From: Acidimicrobiales bacterium
GTDB taxonomy: Bacteria > Actinomycetota > Acidimicrobiia > Acidimicrobiales > VFJN01
DNA length: 64,000 nt
Direction: 5' to 3'
Assembly: GCA_035697145.1 (NCBI GenBank)
Contig: DASSDL010000080.1
Coordinates: 31,562-95,561, forward strand
The position numbers and the translations under genes are program-made. Positions 1 to 8,711 of the stretch are shown one piece after another; the first letter of the stretch is position 1, and each line of letters opens with the position of its first letter. The notes beneath the pieces were generated by a model. That model saw nothing but the letters and a program-made list of their open reading frames with translations, searched no databases and had not been told where the DNA came from.

Positions 1-261
1 GCCCTCCGTGACCTCCGGGAACACCGCCGTCCAGGCCCAAGCATCACGTTCGCTCCCGCGGCCGCTCGGGCCGGGGCCGGTCGAACGGTGGTGAACGCCG
101 GTGTGGAACCGACTGGCCGGCTCACCCGCCGGGCATGCCTCGAGCTCACCCGTGGGGGGTCGGTCGGCGAGGTAGACCACGAGTGCGCCCACCTCGCCGC
201 CGATGTCCAGCACCGGGGCGCTGTGCGCCCCGGGCCGGTGGTGGTTGTGCTCGGCCGACAT
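1..261 (-). CDS. His-rich small conserved hypothetical protein (N-terminal 87 codons; 3' end lies outside the window)
   Basis: Absent from the ORF track because there is no stop in the window. My hand reverse-complement translation from the ATG at 261-259 gives 87 sense codons: MSAEHNHHRPGAHSAPVLDIGGEVGALVVYLADRPP...FHTGVHHRS...WTAVFPEVTEG. Third codon positions are G/C-rich. The ATG overlaps the TGA of the upstream gene by 1 nt. Confidence 0.6.
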   Translation of the reverse strand, partial: MSAEHNHHRPGAHSAPVLDIGGEVGALVVYLADRPPTGELEACPAGEPASRFHTGVHHRSTGPGPSGRGSERDAWAWTAVFPEVTEG

Positions 262-1637
262 CACGCCGCCGCCGGCACGTCGTAGCCGGAGTAGGGGAGG
301 CCGATGTACGGGAAGGCGTCGAGGAACGTCCGCCCCGGGTTGTTGAAGGTGCCGTCCTCGATCGCGCTGACGGCGCCGTCGGGGGTGAAGGTCGGGTCGA
401 CCAGGGCGTACGTCGCACCGGCGACGGCCCGGAGCTCGACCGTGACGATGTCGTCGGTCAGGCGCCGACCGTTGGGGAACCCGGCGAGGTCGCCGCCCAA
501 CAGCCCGAGCCGGTTGGGCGTGGCCGCCGGCTGGATGGCGACGTTGAGCCGCAGCTCGTCCGCCTGGGTCGTCCCGGTGAAGTTCTGGAACCCGGGGATC
601 AGGCCCGAGGGGATGCCGGTCAGGAGGATGGCCAGCAGGTCGGCCCGGTCCTTGTTCAGCGCCGCCAGGTTGGGGAACACGCCCGGGTACAGGACAGGCA
701 ACAGCGCCGCCAGTTCGGGGCGTGCCACGTACTTGGCGAACCGCCGATCGTCATCGGGACCCACGGAGTTCCACTCGTCCTTGCGGGCCATCGGCACGAT
801 GACCTCGTTGAACAGCGGGTTGCCGAGCCGCGACACCTGCATCCAGGGGCCGGCGCCGTGCCAGCCGCGGTCGCGGTTGCGGATCGTCGCCTTCTGGCGG
901 TAGGCCGCCCCCCACACGCCGATGACGGCGTTGGGCGACATCGGGTCCGTCGGCACCTTGCCGTCGCGCGTGAGCTGGGCGATCGGCACCTGGATGGCGA
1001 TGGTGTGCACGTTGGCCTGCGCCAGCGAGTCGCGGCCGTCGTCGGCGGCCGTCGGGATCAGGTGCAGGTTCTGGAACGGGCGCAGGGTGCCGAGGTCGAA
1101 CACCGAGCCGAGGTCGACGAAGAACGCGTCCGCCCGCTGGCCCGCGAACGCCTTCACGTCGGAGCCCAGGTTGGCCACGGCTGCCGAAGCCAGCGACCCG
1201 TAGTTGGGCGTCGACCGGGGCCCGATGTTGCACGGCGGCGATGCCAGGCCCCTGCCGAGCACCGTCGTCCGCGGCTTGCGGTCCTTTCGGTGCTCGATCC
1301 TGGTCACCTTGTAGCTCTGACGGCGGTTCCAGTTGGCGCTGTCGAGCGAGGTGATGGGGCCGGTGTTGTAGAGGAAGGTGTTCGGGTTGGTGATGACGGT
1401 CTTGAACCGGAACTGGTACGTGACGTTCGGCTTGCCGTCGCCATCGTTGTCGATGTTGACGTTGTAGGCGACGTCATCACCGAACTCGTAGAAGTTCGGG
1501 CCACCGGCCGGTGCTTCCACCGGCAGGTAGTTGGTGATGATGGTGACGGTGTCGCCAGGCGTGCGCCAGGCGTAGGTGTCGGTGTTGTCGGCAACCGGAT
1601 CCTTGGAGATCGCCGGTGCCTCGCGATGGGATGACAT
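261..1637 (-). CDS. DUF4331 domain-containing protein with no N-terminal signal peptide
   Basis: 458-aa ORF starting MSSHREAPAISKDPVADNTDTYAW, with ...NVNIDNDGDGKPNVTYQFRFKT, which are motifs I recognise as the DUF4331 family. Confidence 0.9.
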   Translation of the reverse strand: MSSHREAPAISKDPVADNTDTYAWRTPGDTVTIITNYLPVEAPAGGPNFYEFGDDVAYNVNIDNDGDGKPNVTYQFRFKTVITNPNTFLYNTGPITSLDSANWNRRQSYKVTRIEHRKDRKPRTTVLGRGLASPPCNIGPRSTPNYGSLASAAVANLGSDVKAFAGQRADAFFVDLGSVFDLGTLRPFQNLHLIPTAADDGRDSLAQANVHTIAIQVPIAQLTRDGKVPTDPMSPNAVIGVWGAAYRQKATIRNRDRGWHGAGPWMQVSRLGNPLFNEVIVPMARKDEWNSVGPDDDRRFAKYVARPELAALLPVLYPGVFPNLAALNKDRADLLAILLTGIPSGLIPGFQNFTGTTQADELRLNVAIQPAATPNRLGLLGGDLAGFPNGRRLTDDIVTVELRAVAGATYALVDPTFTPDGAVSAIEDGTFNNPGRTFLDAFPYIGLPYSGYDVPAAA

Positions 1638-1651
1638 GACGGCGTCTCCTC

Positions 1652-1930
1652 TCAGCGAGCGGCCCGCAGCACCTTGGCCACGAGCGCCTTGTCGGTGAAG
1701 CTGACCTCGCGCTCGCCGACGAGGATCTCGACCTCGCCGGTGGCGGCGTCCTTGATCTCGACCAGAACGGGGCCGGGAACGTCCGCGGCCTCGTCGGGTC
1801 GCAGCGCCGGCTCCTCGGTGTCGGCGGCCGCGGCCGGCGACAGCGCGAAACCGCCGGCGGCGAGACCGGCGGCACCGACGGCACCAGCCGAGCCCTTGAT
1901 CAGGAAGGAACGTCGGGTAACAGGATCCAT
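1652..1930 (-). CDS. small twin-arginine (Tat) signal protein, 92 aa
   Basis: In-frame internal ATG at 1930 of the 145-aa track ORF gives MDPVTRRSFLIKGSAGAVGAAGLAAGGFALSPAAAA. This is a consensus TRRxFLK Tat motif plus an h-region. The gene ends 14 nt upstream of the DUF4331 gene. Confidence 0.7.
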   Translation of the reverse strand: MDPVTRRSFLIKGSAGAVGAAGLAAGGFALSPAAAADTEEPALRPDEAADVPGPVLVEIKDAATGEVEILVGEREVSFTDKALVAKVLRAAR

Positions 1931-2052
1931 GCTTGCCCCTTTGCCTGGGTCATCGATCGTGGGGTTCCCACGTCGAGCCACGATTCGGCGCCGCCCGGCA
2001 ACGCAGATGACGCGGTCGCGAATTTTCCCGGGCCGACGTAGCGTGGTGGGGC

Positions 2053-2889
2053 GTGGAAGAGCGAGTCGAGTACCTGGCGGCGTCAGCATCGCCCCAGCTG
2101 GCGCCGTTCATCGACGGCTACGTCGGCTACCGCCTCAGCGGCTTCGCGCCCGGGTTGCACCGGGGCCTGCCGTCTCGCCACATGACGTTCATCGTGAGCA
2201 TCGGCCCGGGCATCGACGTCGTGTCCCAGACCGACCCTCTACAGGCAGGGGCGAGCTACGGCTGCGTCGTGGGCGGACTCCAGGCCAGCGCCGCGGAGAT
2301 CTCCCACACCGGGTACCAGGAAGGCGTGGCCATCAACCTGACGCCGCTGGGGAGCCGCGCGTTGTTCGGCATGCCCGCCCGGGCGTTGTGGAACACCTCG
2401 GTGGAATGCGCCGATGTCGCCGGTCCCGCCGGACGCGAGCTGTGGGAACGGCTCCAGGGTCTCACCGCATGGACGGACCGGTTCGCAGCGTGCGATGCGG
2501 TCCTCACGCGCATCGCCGACCGAGAGCTGACGGTCGCGCCCGAGCTCCGGGGCGTGTGGCAGGCGCTGGTCCGGACGGGCGGAACCGACCCGATCGGCAG
2601 TCTCGCGGCGACCGTCGGGTGGAGCCGCCAGCACCTGGCGCGCCGGTTCCGCGACGAGTTCGGCTTCGGTCCCAAGCTCGCGTCCCGGGTCGTGCGCTTC
2701 GAGCGGGCGCGGCACATGCTGCAGGCCACCCCGTCGTTCGTGACGATCGCGCAGGTGGCCGCCGCCTGCGGGTACTACGACCAGGCGCACCTGGATCGTG
2801 ACTTCGCCGAGTTGGCGGGGTGCACGCCCACGGCCTGGTTGGCGGAGGAGCTTCCAACTTTCCAAGACGACGCCGTCGCCGTTGTGTGA
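2053..2889 (+). CDS. AraC/XylS family transcriptional regulator
   Basis: C-terminal double HTH: HLARRFRDEFGFGPKLASRVVRFERARHML...IAQVAAACGYYDQAHLDRDFAELAGCTP. Confidence 0.9.
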   Translation: MEERVEYLAASASPQLAPFIDGYVGYRLSGFAPGLHRGLPSRHMTFIVSIGPGIDVVSQTDPLQAGASYGCVVGGLQASAAEISHTGYQEGVAINLTPLGSRALFGMPARALWNTSVECADVAGPAGRELWERLQGLTAWTDRFAACDAVLTRIADRELTVAPELRGVWQALVRTGGTDPIGSLAATVGWSRQHLARRFRDEFGFGPKLASRVVRFERARHMLQATPSFVTIAQVAAACGYYDQAHLDRDFAELAGCTPTAWLAEELPTFQDDAVAVV

Positions 2890-2899
2890 TCGTCGGGCC

Positions 2900-3307
2900 A
2901 TGGCAACGACAACCAGGCATCCGACCGTGTGGCCCGTGCTGTCGTATCGCGATGCACGAGGCGCGATCGACTTCCTCGCCAAGGCCTTCGGGTTCGAGGA
3001 GCGCTCCGCCTATGCGCGCGGGGACGATCCGTCGATCATCGAGCACGCCGAGATGCGGTGGCCACTCGGCGGGGGCGTCATGTTCGGCACCGCCGGGAAG
3101 GACGACTCGCCGTTCGGCCGCCGCGTCCCGGGCAACGATTCCGTGTACGTCGTGTGTGACGACCCCGACGGCCTGTTCGAGCGGGCAGTGGCGGCCGGCG
3201 CCGAGGTGGTGCGCGGGCTCGTCGACGAGGACTACGGCTCCCGCGGGTTCACCGTCCGCGACCCGGAGGGCAACCTCTGGAGCTTCGGTACATACACCGG
3301 CGAATGA
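2900..3307 (+). CDS. VOC/glyoxalase family protein
   Basis: In-frame ATG at 2900 (MATTTRHPTVWPVLSYRDARGAIDFLAKAFGFEE...GSRGFTVRDPEGNLWSFGTY), a typical glyoxalase/bleomycin-resistance fold sequence. Confidence 0.85.
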   Translation: MATTTRHPTVWPVLSYRDARGAIDFLAKAFGFEERSAYARGDDPSIIEHAEMRWPLGGGVMFGTAGKDDSPFGRRVPGNDSVYVVCDDPDGLFERAVAAGAEVVRGLVDEDYGSRGFTVRDPEGNLWSFGTYTGE

Positions 3308-3314
3308 CGGACGC

Positions 3315-3971
3315 CTACGCCCGCGGCGTGACGATGCCGGCGTCGTAAGCGCGGATGATCGCGGCGGCGCGGTCGCGGACGCCGAGCTTGGCGAAGATGG
3401 CGGAGATATGCCCCTTGACCGTGCGTTCGCTGACATAGAGCGACTCGGCGATCTCGGCGTTGTTGGCCCCCGAGGCGACGAGGCGCAGGACCTCCCGCTC
3501 GCGCTCGGTCAGCGGGTCTATGGGGTGATCGGCCGCCGAGGCGACGGCGCCGGGGCGTTGACGCAGCACGGTGAGGACCCGGTCGGCGACCCTCGGGTCG
3601 AGCCAGGAGCCGCCACGGGCGGTCACACGGATCGCGCCCACGAGGTCGGCGGCGGGAACATCCTTCAGCACGAAGCCGGCGGCGCCGGCCTCGATGATGC
3701 CCCACAGGACGTCGTCGTCCTCGAAGGTCGTCAGGGCCAGGACCCGGTGGTCACCGTCGGCGGCGAGGCGGCGGGTCGCCTCGATCCCATCCATCACCGG
3801 CATGCGCACGTCCATGAGCACGACGTCGGGGGTCAGCGTGCGGGCCGCATCGACGCCGGCCCGCCCGTCTTGCGCCTCGCCCACGACCTCGAGGTCGTCC
3901 TCGGCCGACAGGATCAGGCGCAGACCGGCACGCACCAGCTCCTGATCGTCGACCAGCAACAGCCGGATCAC
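3315..3971 (-). CDS. NarL/LuxR family response regulator
   Basis: Receiver motif MIRLLLVDDQELVR...DVVLMDVRMPVMDG. C-terminal LuxR HTH LTEREREVLRLVASGANNAEIAESLYVSERTVKGHISAIFAKLGV. Confidence 0.95.
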   Translation of the reverse strand: MIRLLLVDDQELVRAGLRLILSAEDDLEVVGEAQDGRAGVDAARTLTPDVVLMDVRMPVMDGIEATRRLAADGDHRVLALTTFEDDDVLWGIIEAGAAGFVLKDVPAADLVGAIRVTARGGSWLDPRVADRVLTVLRQRPGAVASAADHPIDPLTEREREVLRLVASGANNAEIAESLYVSERTVKGHISAIFAKLGVRDRAAAIIRAYDAGIVTPRA

Positions 3972-5125
3972 GCTCGTCCCTCCGGCTGAGCGGTGGCGTC
4001 CGTGCGGTCCAGCGGAATCGACCCCTCGACCACCCAGCCGTCGCCCTCCGGCCCGGCCGAGACCGTGCCGCCGACTGCGGCGACCCGCTGATGCATGCCG
4101 TCGAGGCCGGCTCCGCCACGGCCCGTCGGCGCCGGCGGAGGATGGCGGGCGGGGCCGTTGCGCACCGACACGTCCAGCCGGACGCCGTCCACGACGACCC
4201 GTACGACGACGTCCGATCCCGGCGCGTGGTGCCCGACGTTCGCGAGCGCTTCCTGCACCAGCCGGTATGCGGCCAGGCCTGCGTAGGGATCGACCGCTCG
4301 GAGATCACCGAGGACGTCGGCGCGGACGGGCAGCCCGGCCGCGGCGGCCGTGTCGACGAGTCCGACGATGTCGGCGGCGCCCGGCAAAGGCTCGGCACCG
4401 GCCTCGTCGGGTGAGCGGAGCAGGCCGACGATCGCCCGCACGCTCTGGAGGCTACCGCGCCCGGCCTGCTCGGCCCGATCGAGCGCGTCTGCCGCAGCCG
4501 CGGGGTTCCTGTCGAGCACCCGGCGGGCGCCGCTCACATTGAGCAGCATGACGGTGAGGCTGTGGCCGACCACGTCGTGGACGTCACGGGCGATGCGCTG
4601 GCGCTCGGCCGCGCTGGCCGCGGCCGCCAAGCGGTCCTGCGCTTCTGTCAACGCCGCCACCAGCGTGCGTTCCCGGCGCAGGATGCGTCCGATGCACCAC
4701 ACGATCAAGACACCGGTGCCAAAGTAGACGACCGCCTCACCGTCCTCGTCCCAGTCACCCATGGCATAGATGATCGGGATCGCGATCGCGCCCAACGCGG
4801 CGACGACCTCGGCGGCCGGCGACTCGCCGCTCGCGGCCAGCCAGGCGACCGTCAACAGCGCCAGGAAGGTGGCGCCGGGGGCGTCGTAGACAGCGACCAG
4901 GGCACCCGGAATGCCGACCCCGGCGACGACCATGATCCAGGGCCCGACCCTGATGTCGCCTGCGATCAATGCCCAGGGAACCAGGGCGACGATGACGCCG
5001 AACACCAGCCCGGCTTCGAAGGACGACGTGGCGAACACGAGCCCGGCCGCGACGAGCGCAGCCACGGGGAAGGCGAGGCTCATGGCGAACGTCCCGCCCC
5101 AGGATCGCGGCGCCTCGTCGCTCAT
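3968..5125 (-). CDS. sensor histidine kinase (HisKA_3 type), membrane-bound
   Basis: In-frame ATG at 5125 (MSDEAPRSWGGTFAMSLAFPVAALVAAGLVF...) followed by several hydrophobic helices. H-box ERQRIARDVHDVVGHSL. The stop overlaps the response-regulator ATG (ATGA). Confidence 0.9.
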   Translation of the reverse strand: MSDEAPRSWGGTFAMSLAFPVAALVAAGLVFATSSFEAGLVFGVIVALVPWALIAGDIRVGPWIMVVAGVGIPGALVAVYDAPGATFLALLTVAWLAASGESPAAEVVAALGAIAIPIIYAMGDWDEDGEAVVYFGTGVLIVWCIGRILRRERTLVAALTEAQDRLAAAASAAERQRIARDVHDVVGHSLTVMLLNVSGARRVLDRNPAAAADALDRAEQAGRGSLQSVRAIVGLLRSPDEAGAEPLPGAADIVGLVDTAAAAGLPVRADVLGDLRAVDPYAGLAAYRLVQEALANVGHHAPGSDVVVRVVVDGVRLDVSVRNGPARHPPPAPTGRGGAGLDGMHQRVAAVGGTVSAGPEGDGWVVEGSIPLDRTDATAQPEGRA

Positions 5126-5165
5126 GCACCGAGAGTAACGACGGGGCTCGCCGGGGGCATCGTCC

Positions 5166-5227
5166 CCTGGTACGGGCCCGACCCGTCCTGGGGTACGGGC
5201 CACGACTGCCCGGCGGTTCCCTGGGAA
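5166..5227. promoter_or_regulatory. candidate operator repeats in the kinase/MMPL divergent intergenic region
   Basis: Direct repeats CCTGGTACGGGCC (5166-5178) and CCTGGGGTACGGGCC (5187-5201), plus the palindrome TTCCCTGGGAA (5217-5227). Coordinates were cross-checked against the track ORF translation. Confidence 0.3.
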
Positions 5228-5308
5228 ACGGTCGGCGGGCCGATGTGGCTGCACACCCACCGAGCGGACGATGAGGACCGTCCGTCCACCTCGTCGCGGA
5301 GGCTCGTC

Positions 5309-7444
5309 ATGTTCACCCTCATTGGCCGCTTCACGGTCCGCCGGCGCCGCTTGGTGCTCGCCCTGACCGTCCTGTTCGTGCTCGCCGCCGGGGCCGGCGG
5401 CGCCGGCGCCTTCGGCGCGTTCGAGGACGAGGGGTTCGACGATCCCGGCTCCGAGTCCTACCGCGCCAGCCGATTCCTGCAAGACGAGATCGGGACCGAC
5501 GAGCCCGAGATGGTCCTGCTCGTCGAGGGCGGGGGCGGCGCGGACGTCGACGACCCGGCGGTCGTGGCCGCCGGGACCGAGCTCACCGACGCGCTGACCG
5601 GCGAGCCGGCGGTCGAATCCGCCATCTCCTACTGGTCGCTGGGCGGTGCACCGGAACTACGGTCCACCGACGGCACGTCGGCGCTGGTGGTGGTCGACGT
5701 CGACGGCGACGACGAGACGGTGGGAGACCTCGGCGATCGTTACGCCGGCAGCCGCGGCCCCATCACAGTGGGCGTCGGGGGTGAGGACGCCGTCGACGCG
5801 GCCATCGAGGAGCAGCTCGGTTCGGACCTGGCCCGGGCCGAGAGCCTCGCCATCCCGGCGACGCTCGTCCTGCTGGTGCTCGTCTTCGGCGGTGTGGTGG
5901 CTGCGTCCCTGCCGTTGGCGATGGCGCTGGTGTCCGTGACCGGCACCCTCCTGGCGCTCTTCGCCGTGGCACAGGTCACCGACGTCTCCATCTACTCGAT
6001 CAACCTCACGACCGCACTCGGACTCGGCCTCGCCATCGACTACTCGCTGTTCATCGTGAGCCGCTTCCGGGAGGAGCTGGCCGCCGGCCGATCGAGCGAC
6101 GACGCCGTCGTGCGCACGGTCGAGACCGCCGGCCGCACCGTCGCCTTCTCCGCCCTCATCGTGGCCGCGTCGCTGTCGGCGCTGCTGGTGTTCCCGCTCT
6201 ACTTCCTGCGGTCGTTCGCCTACGCCGGCACCGCCGTGGTCCTCAGCGCCGCCGCCGGGGCGCTCCTCACCCTGCCCGCTCTCCTGGCGGTTCTCGGCCC
6301 GCGGGTCAATGCCTGGTCGTTCCGGCGGCATGCCCCCGTTCCCGGCGGCGCTGACAAGCGCGGGTTCTGGGTTCGCCTGGCCGGCGCGGTGATGCGCCGC
6401 CCGGTGCCCGTCGCCACCGGTGTCATCGTGCTGCTCCTCGTCCTGGGTTCCCCGTTCCTGCGCATCAACCCCGGCCTGCCGTCCTACGAGTCCCTGCCCG
6501 AGTCCAACGAGGCTCGCCAGGTCGCTGAGGCCCTCGCCACCGAGTTCGACGGCAACCAGAGCGAGCAATTCGCCGTCGTCCTGCCCGGGATCGATGCCGA
6601 GGGCGCCGACGCCGAGGCCGTGGCCACGTTTGCTGACCAGGTCGGGGCATTCGACGGCGTGGCCGACGTGACCGTGGAGTCGGCCGACGCCGGCTCGTGG
6701 CTGACCGTCGTGCCCTCGGTGGCGCTGGTGTCGCCCGAGGGCGAGGATCTCGTCAAGGGCATCCGGGACATCGATGCTCCCTTCGAGTTCGGGGTGGAGG
6801 GCGACGCCGCAGACCTGGTCGACACCAAGGCCGCCATCTACGACCGGCTGCCGCTGGCGCTGACCATCATCGGCATCACCACGTTCGTGCTCCTGTTCGC
6901 CGTGTTCGGCAGCCTCCTCGTCCCCGTCAAGGCCATCGTGCTGAACCTGTTGTCGCTGACCGCGACGTTCGGCGCCATGGTGTGGATCTTCCAGGACGGC
7001 CACCTGTCCGGCGTGCTCGACTTCACCGCGACCGGTCAGCTCGACGTGGCCATGCCCATCCTCATGTTCTGCATCGCTTTCGGGCTCTCCATGGACTACG
7101 AGGTGTTCCTGCTCTCCCGCATCAAGGAAGAGCACGACCGCACGGGTGACAACACCGAGGCGGTCGCGGCCGGCCTGGCCAGCACGGGGCGGCTCATCAC
7201 CGCAGCGGCGCTGGTCCTGGCCATCACCTTCGCGGCCTTCGTCACCAGCGGCATGAGCTTCATGAAGCTCATGGGTCTCGGCCTGGCCCTGGCCATCGTC
7301 GTGGACGCCACCATCGTCCGGGCGCTGCTGGTGCCGGCGGTGATGCGGCTCGCGGGTGAGGGCAACTGGTGGGCCCCGGGGCCGCTCCGGCGGCTCCAGC
7401 ACCGTTGGGGGATCCGGGAGGCGGCAGCGCAGAAGACGCAATGA
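5309..7444 (+). CDS. MMPL family (RND superfamily) transporter
   Basis: In-frame ATG at 5309 (MFTLIGRFTVRRRRLVLALTVLFVLAAG...). Motifs FDDPGSESYRA and LTTALGLGLAIDYSLFIVSRFREE, with a second repeat GLSMDYEVFLLSRIKEE. Confidence 0.9.
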   Translation: MFTLIGRFTVRRRRLVLALTVLFVLAAGAGGAGAFGAFEDEGFDDPGSESYRASRFLQDEIGTDEPEMVLLVEGGGGADVDDPAVVAAGTELTDALTGEPAVESAISYWSLGGAPELRSTDGTSALVVVDVDGDDETVGDLGDRYAGSRGPITVGVGGEDAVDAAIEEQLGSDLARAESLAIPATLVLLVLVFGGVVAASLPLAMALVSVTGTLLALFAVAQVTDVSIYSINLTTALGLGLAIDYSLFIVSRFREELAAGRSSDDAVVRTVETAGRTVAFSALIVAASLSALLVFPLYFLRSFAYAGTAVVLSAAAGALLTLPALLAVLGPRVNAWSFRRHAPVPGGADKRGFWVRLAGAVMRRPVPVATGVIVLLLVLGSPFLRINPGLPSYESLPESNEARQVAEALATEFDGNQSEQFAVVLPGIDAEGADAEAVATFADQVGAFDGVADVTVESADAGSWLTVVPSVALVSPEGEDLVKGIRDIDAPFEFGVEGDAADLVDTKAAIYDRLPLALTIIGITTFVLLFAVFGSLLVPVKAIVLNLLSLTATFGAMVWIFQDGHLSGVLDFTATGQLDVAMPILMFCIAFGLSMDYEVFLLSRIKEEHDRTGDNTEAVAAGLASTGRLITAAALVLAITFAAFVTSGMSFMKLMGLGLALAIVVDATIVRALLVPAVMRLAGEGNWWAPGPLRRLQHRWGIREAAAQKTQ

Positions 7445-7469
7445 GCCGGCCGGGGGCCGACCGGGACTC

Positions 7470-7667
7470 CTACGGAGCCGGGTCGGCGCTGGTCGGCGCG
7501 TCGGCGTCCTCGACCCACACGGAGCCGGGCGCCGGCGTGAACGACGATGTGTGCCCGTCCTGCCATTCGAGGGTCAACATCGACCCCGTCTTGGCGACGA
7601 CGGTTCCTCTCTTGCTCGGCGCCCCCTTGGCGGCGGCGACCACGACGCGATCACCGATCTCGGCCAC
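7470..7667 (-). CDS. DUF1918 domain-containing small protein
   Basis: 65 aa, MAEIGDRVVVAAAKGAPSKRGTVVAKTGSMLTLEWQDGHTSSFTPAPGSVWVE, an SH3-like DUF1918 pattern. Confidence 0.75.
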   Translation of the reverse strand: MAEIGDRVVVAAAKGAPSKRGTVVAKTGSMLTLEWQDGHTSSFTPAPGSVWVEDADAPTSADPAP

Positions 7668-7809
7668 AACACACCTCCATGTCGAGCATGCGTTGGTACC
7701 TCAGTGTAGGACCGCCGGATTCGCCGACGAGCACGGCCGACGAGCTCGGGGGACGGGAGAGTGCGGTCGGCCGGGTCGACCTCCGGGGGCCTGGCGAATC
7801 GCCAATCCT

Positions 7810-7823
7810 CTGACTAAGGTCAG
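7810..7823. promoter_or_regulatory. inverted repeat CTGAC-TAAG-GTCAG immediately upstream of the MarR-GNAT start
   Basis: Seen 4 nt upstream of the ATG at 7827. Candidate autoregulatory MarR box. Confidence 0.3.
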
Positions 7824-7826
7824 GGA

Positions 7827-8711
7827 ATGGCGGACGCCGCCGTGGCCCAGGTGCGCCGGTTCAACAGGCTCGTCACTCAGCGGGTGGGCGCGCTCGAGGA
7901 CCACTACCTCGCGCGCGGCCGTCCGCTCGGCGAGGCCCGGGTGCTGTGGGAGATCGGCGACCGGGGCTGCGACGTGCGATCGCTGCGGTCCCGGCTCGAC
8001 CTCGACAGCGGTTACCTCAGCAGGCTCCTGCGTTCCCTTGAGGCGGCGGGGCTCGTGACCGTCGAACCGCACAGCGGCGACCGACGGGTCCGCACCGCGC
8101 GCCTCACGCCCGCCGGGGTGGCCGAGCTGGCACTGCTCGACAGCCGCAGTGACGAGCTGGCGCGCTCGTTCCTCGACCCGCTCGGCGAGGACCAGCGGGC
8201 CCGGCTGGTCGCCGCCATGGCCGACGTCGAGCGGTTGCTCACCGCCGCTCTGGTCGACGTCGACGTGGTTGATCCGGCGCATCCGACGGCCCGGCATTGC
8301 CTGAACGCCTACTTCGCCGAGCTCGACCGCCGCTTCGACGCGGGGTTCGATCCGGCGCTCAGCAGCTCCCCGAACCTCGACGCGATGCGGCCGCCGGCGG
8401 GGCTGTTCTTCGTCGCAACGCTGTGCGGAGAGCCCATCGGCTGTGGAGGTCTTCAGTTCCACCGCGACGCGCCGCCCGACATCAAGCGCATGTGGGTCGC
8501 CGAATCGGTGCGCGGCCTGGGGATCGGGCGGCGCCTCCTGGCCGAGCTCGAGGCTTGCGCCGCCGCCAGCGGCAGCCGCGTCCTGCGGTTGGAGACCAAC
8601 CGGTCGCTCGGCGAGGCCATCGACCTCTACCGCTCGTCGGGCTATCGCGAGGTCGATGCGTTCAACGACGAGCTCTACGCCCACCACTGGTTCGAGAAGC
8701 GGCTGTCATGA
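7827..8711 (+). CDS. MarR-type HTH / GNAT N-acetyltransferase fusion protein
   Basis: N-terminal winged helix (LGEARVLWEIGDRGCDVRSLRSRLDLDSGYLSRLLRSLEAAGLVTVEPHSGDRRVRTARLTPAG). C-terminal GNAT (IKRMWVAESVRGLGIGRRLLAELEACAAASG...LYRSSGYRE). Confidence 0.9.
   Translation: MADAAVAQVRRFNRLVTQRVGALEDHYLARGRPLGEARVLWEIGDRGCDVRSLRSRLDLDSGYLSRLLRSLEAAGLVTVEPHSGDRRVRTARLTPAGVAELALLDSRSDELARSFLDPLGEDQRARLVAAMADVERLLTAALVDVDVVDPAHPTARHCLNAYFAELDRRFDAGFDPALSSSPNLDAMRPPAGLFFVATLCGEPIGCGGLQFHRDAPPDIKRMWVAESVRGLGIGRRLLAELEACAAASGSRVLRLETNRSLGEAIDLYRSSGYREVDAFNDELYAHHWFEKRLS

Noticed and set aside
135-1634. 499-aa plus-strand ORF covering the DUF4331 locus
   Set aside because: It is antisense to a gene with clear family motifs. 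Its Arg/Gly/Pro/Val-rich low-complexity translation is typical of mirror-frame ORFs in high-GC DNA, and I recognise no motif in it.
5657-7441. 594-aa minus-strand ORF opposite the MMPL transporter
   Set aside because: It is antisense to a well-supported MMPL gene. The composition is dominated by G/R/E/H/D with no motif, so it is a high-GC artefact.
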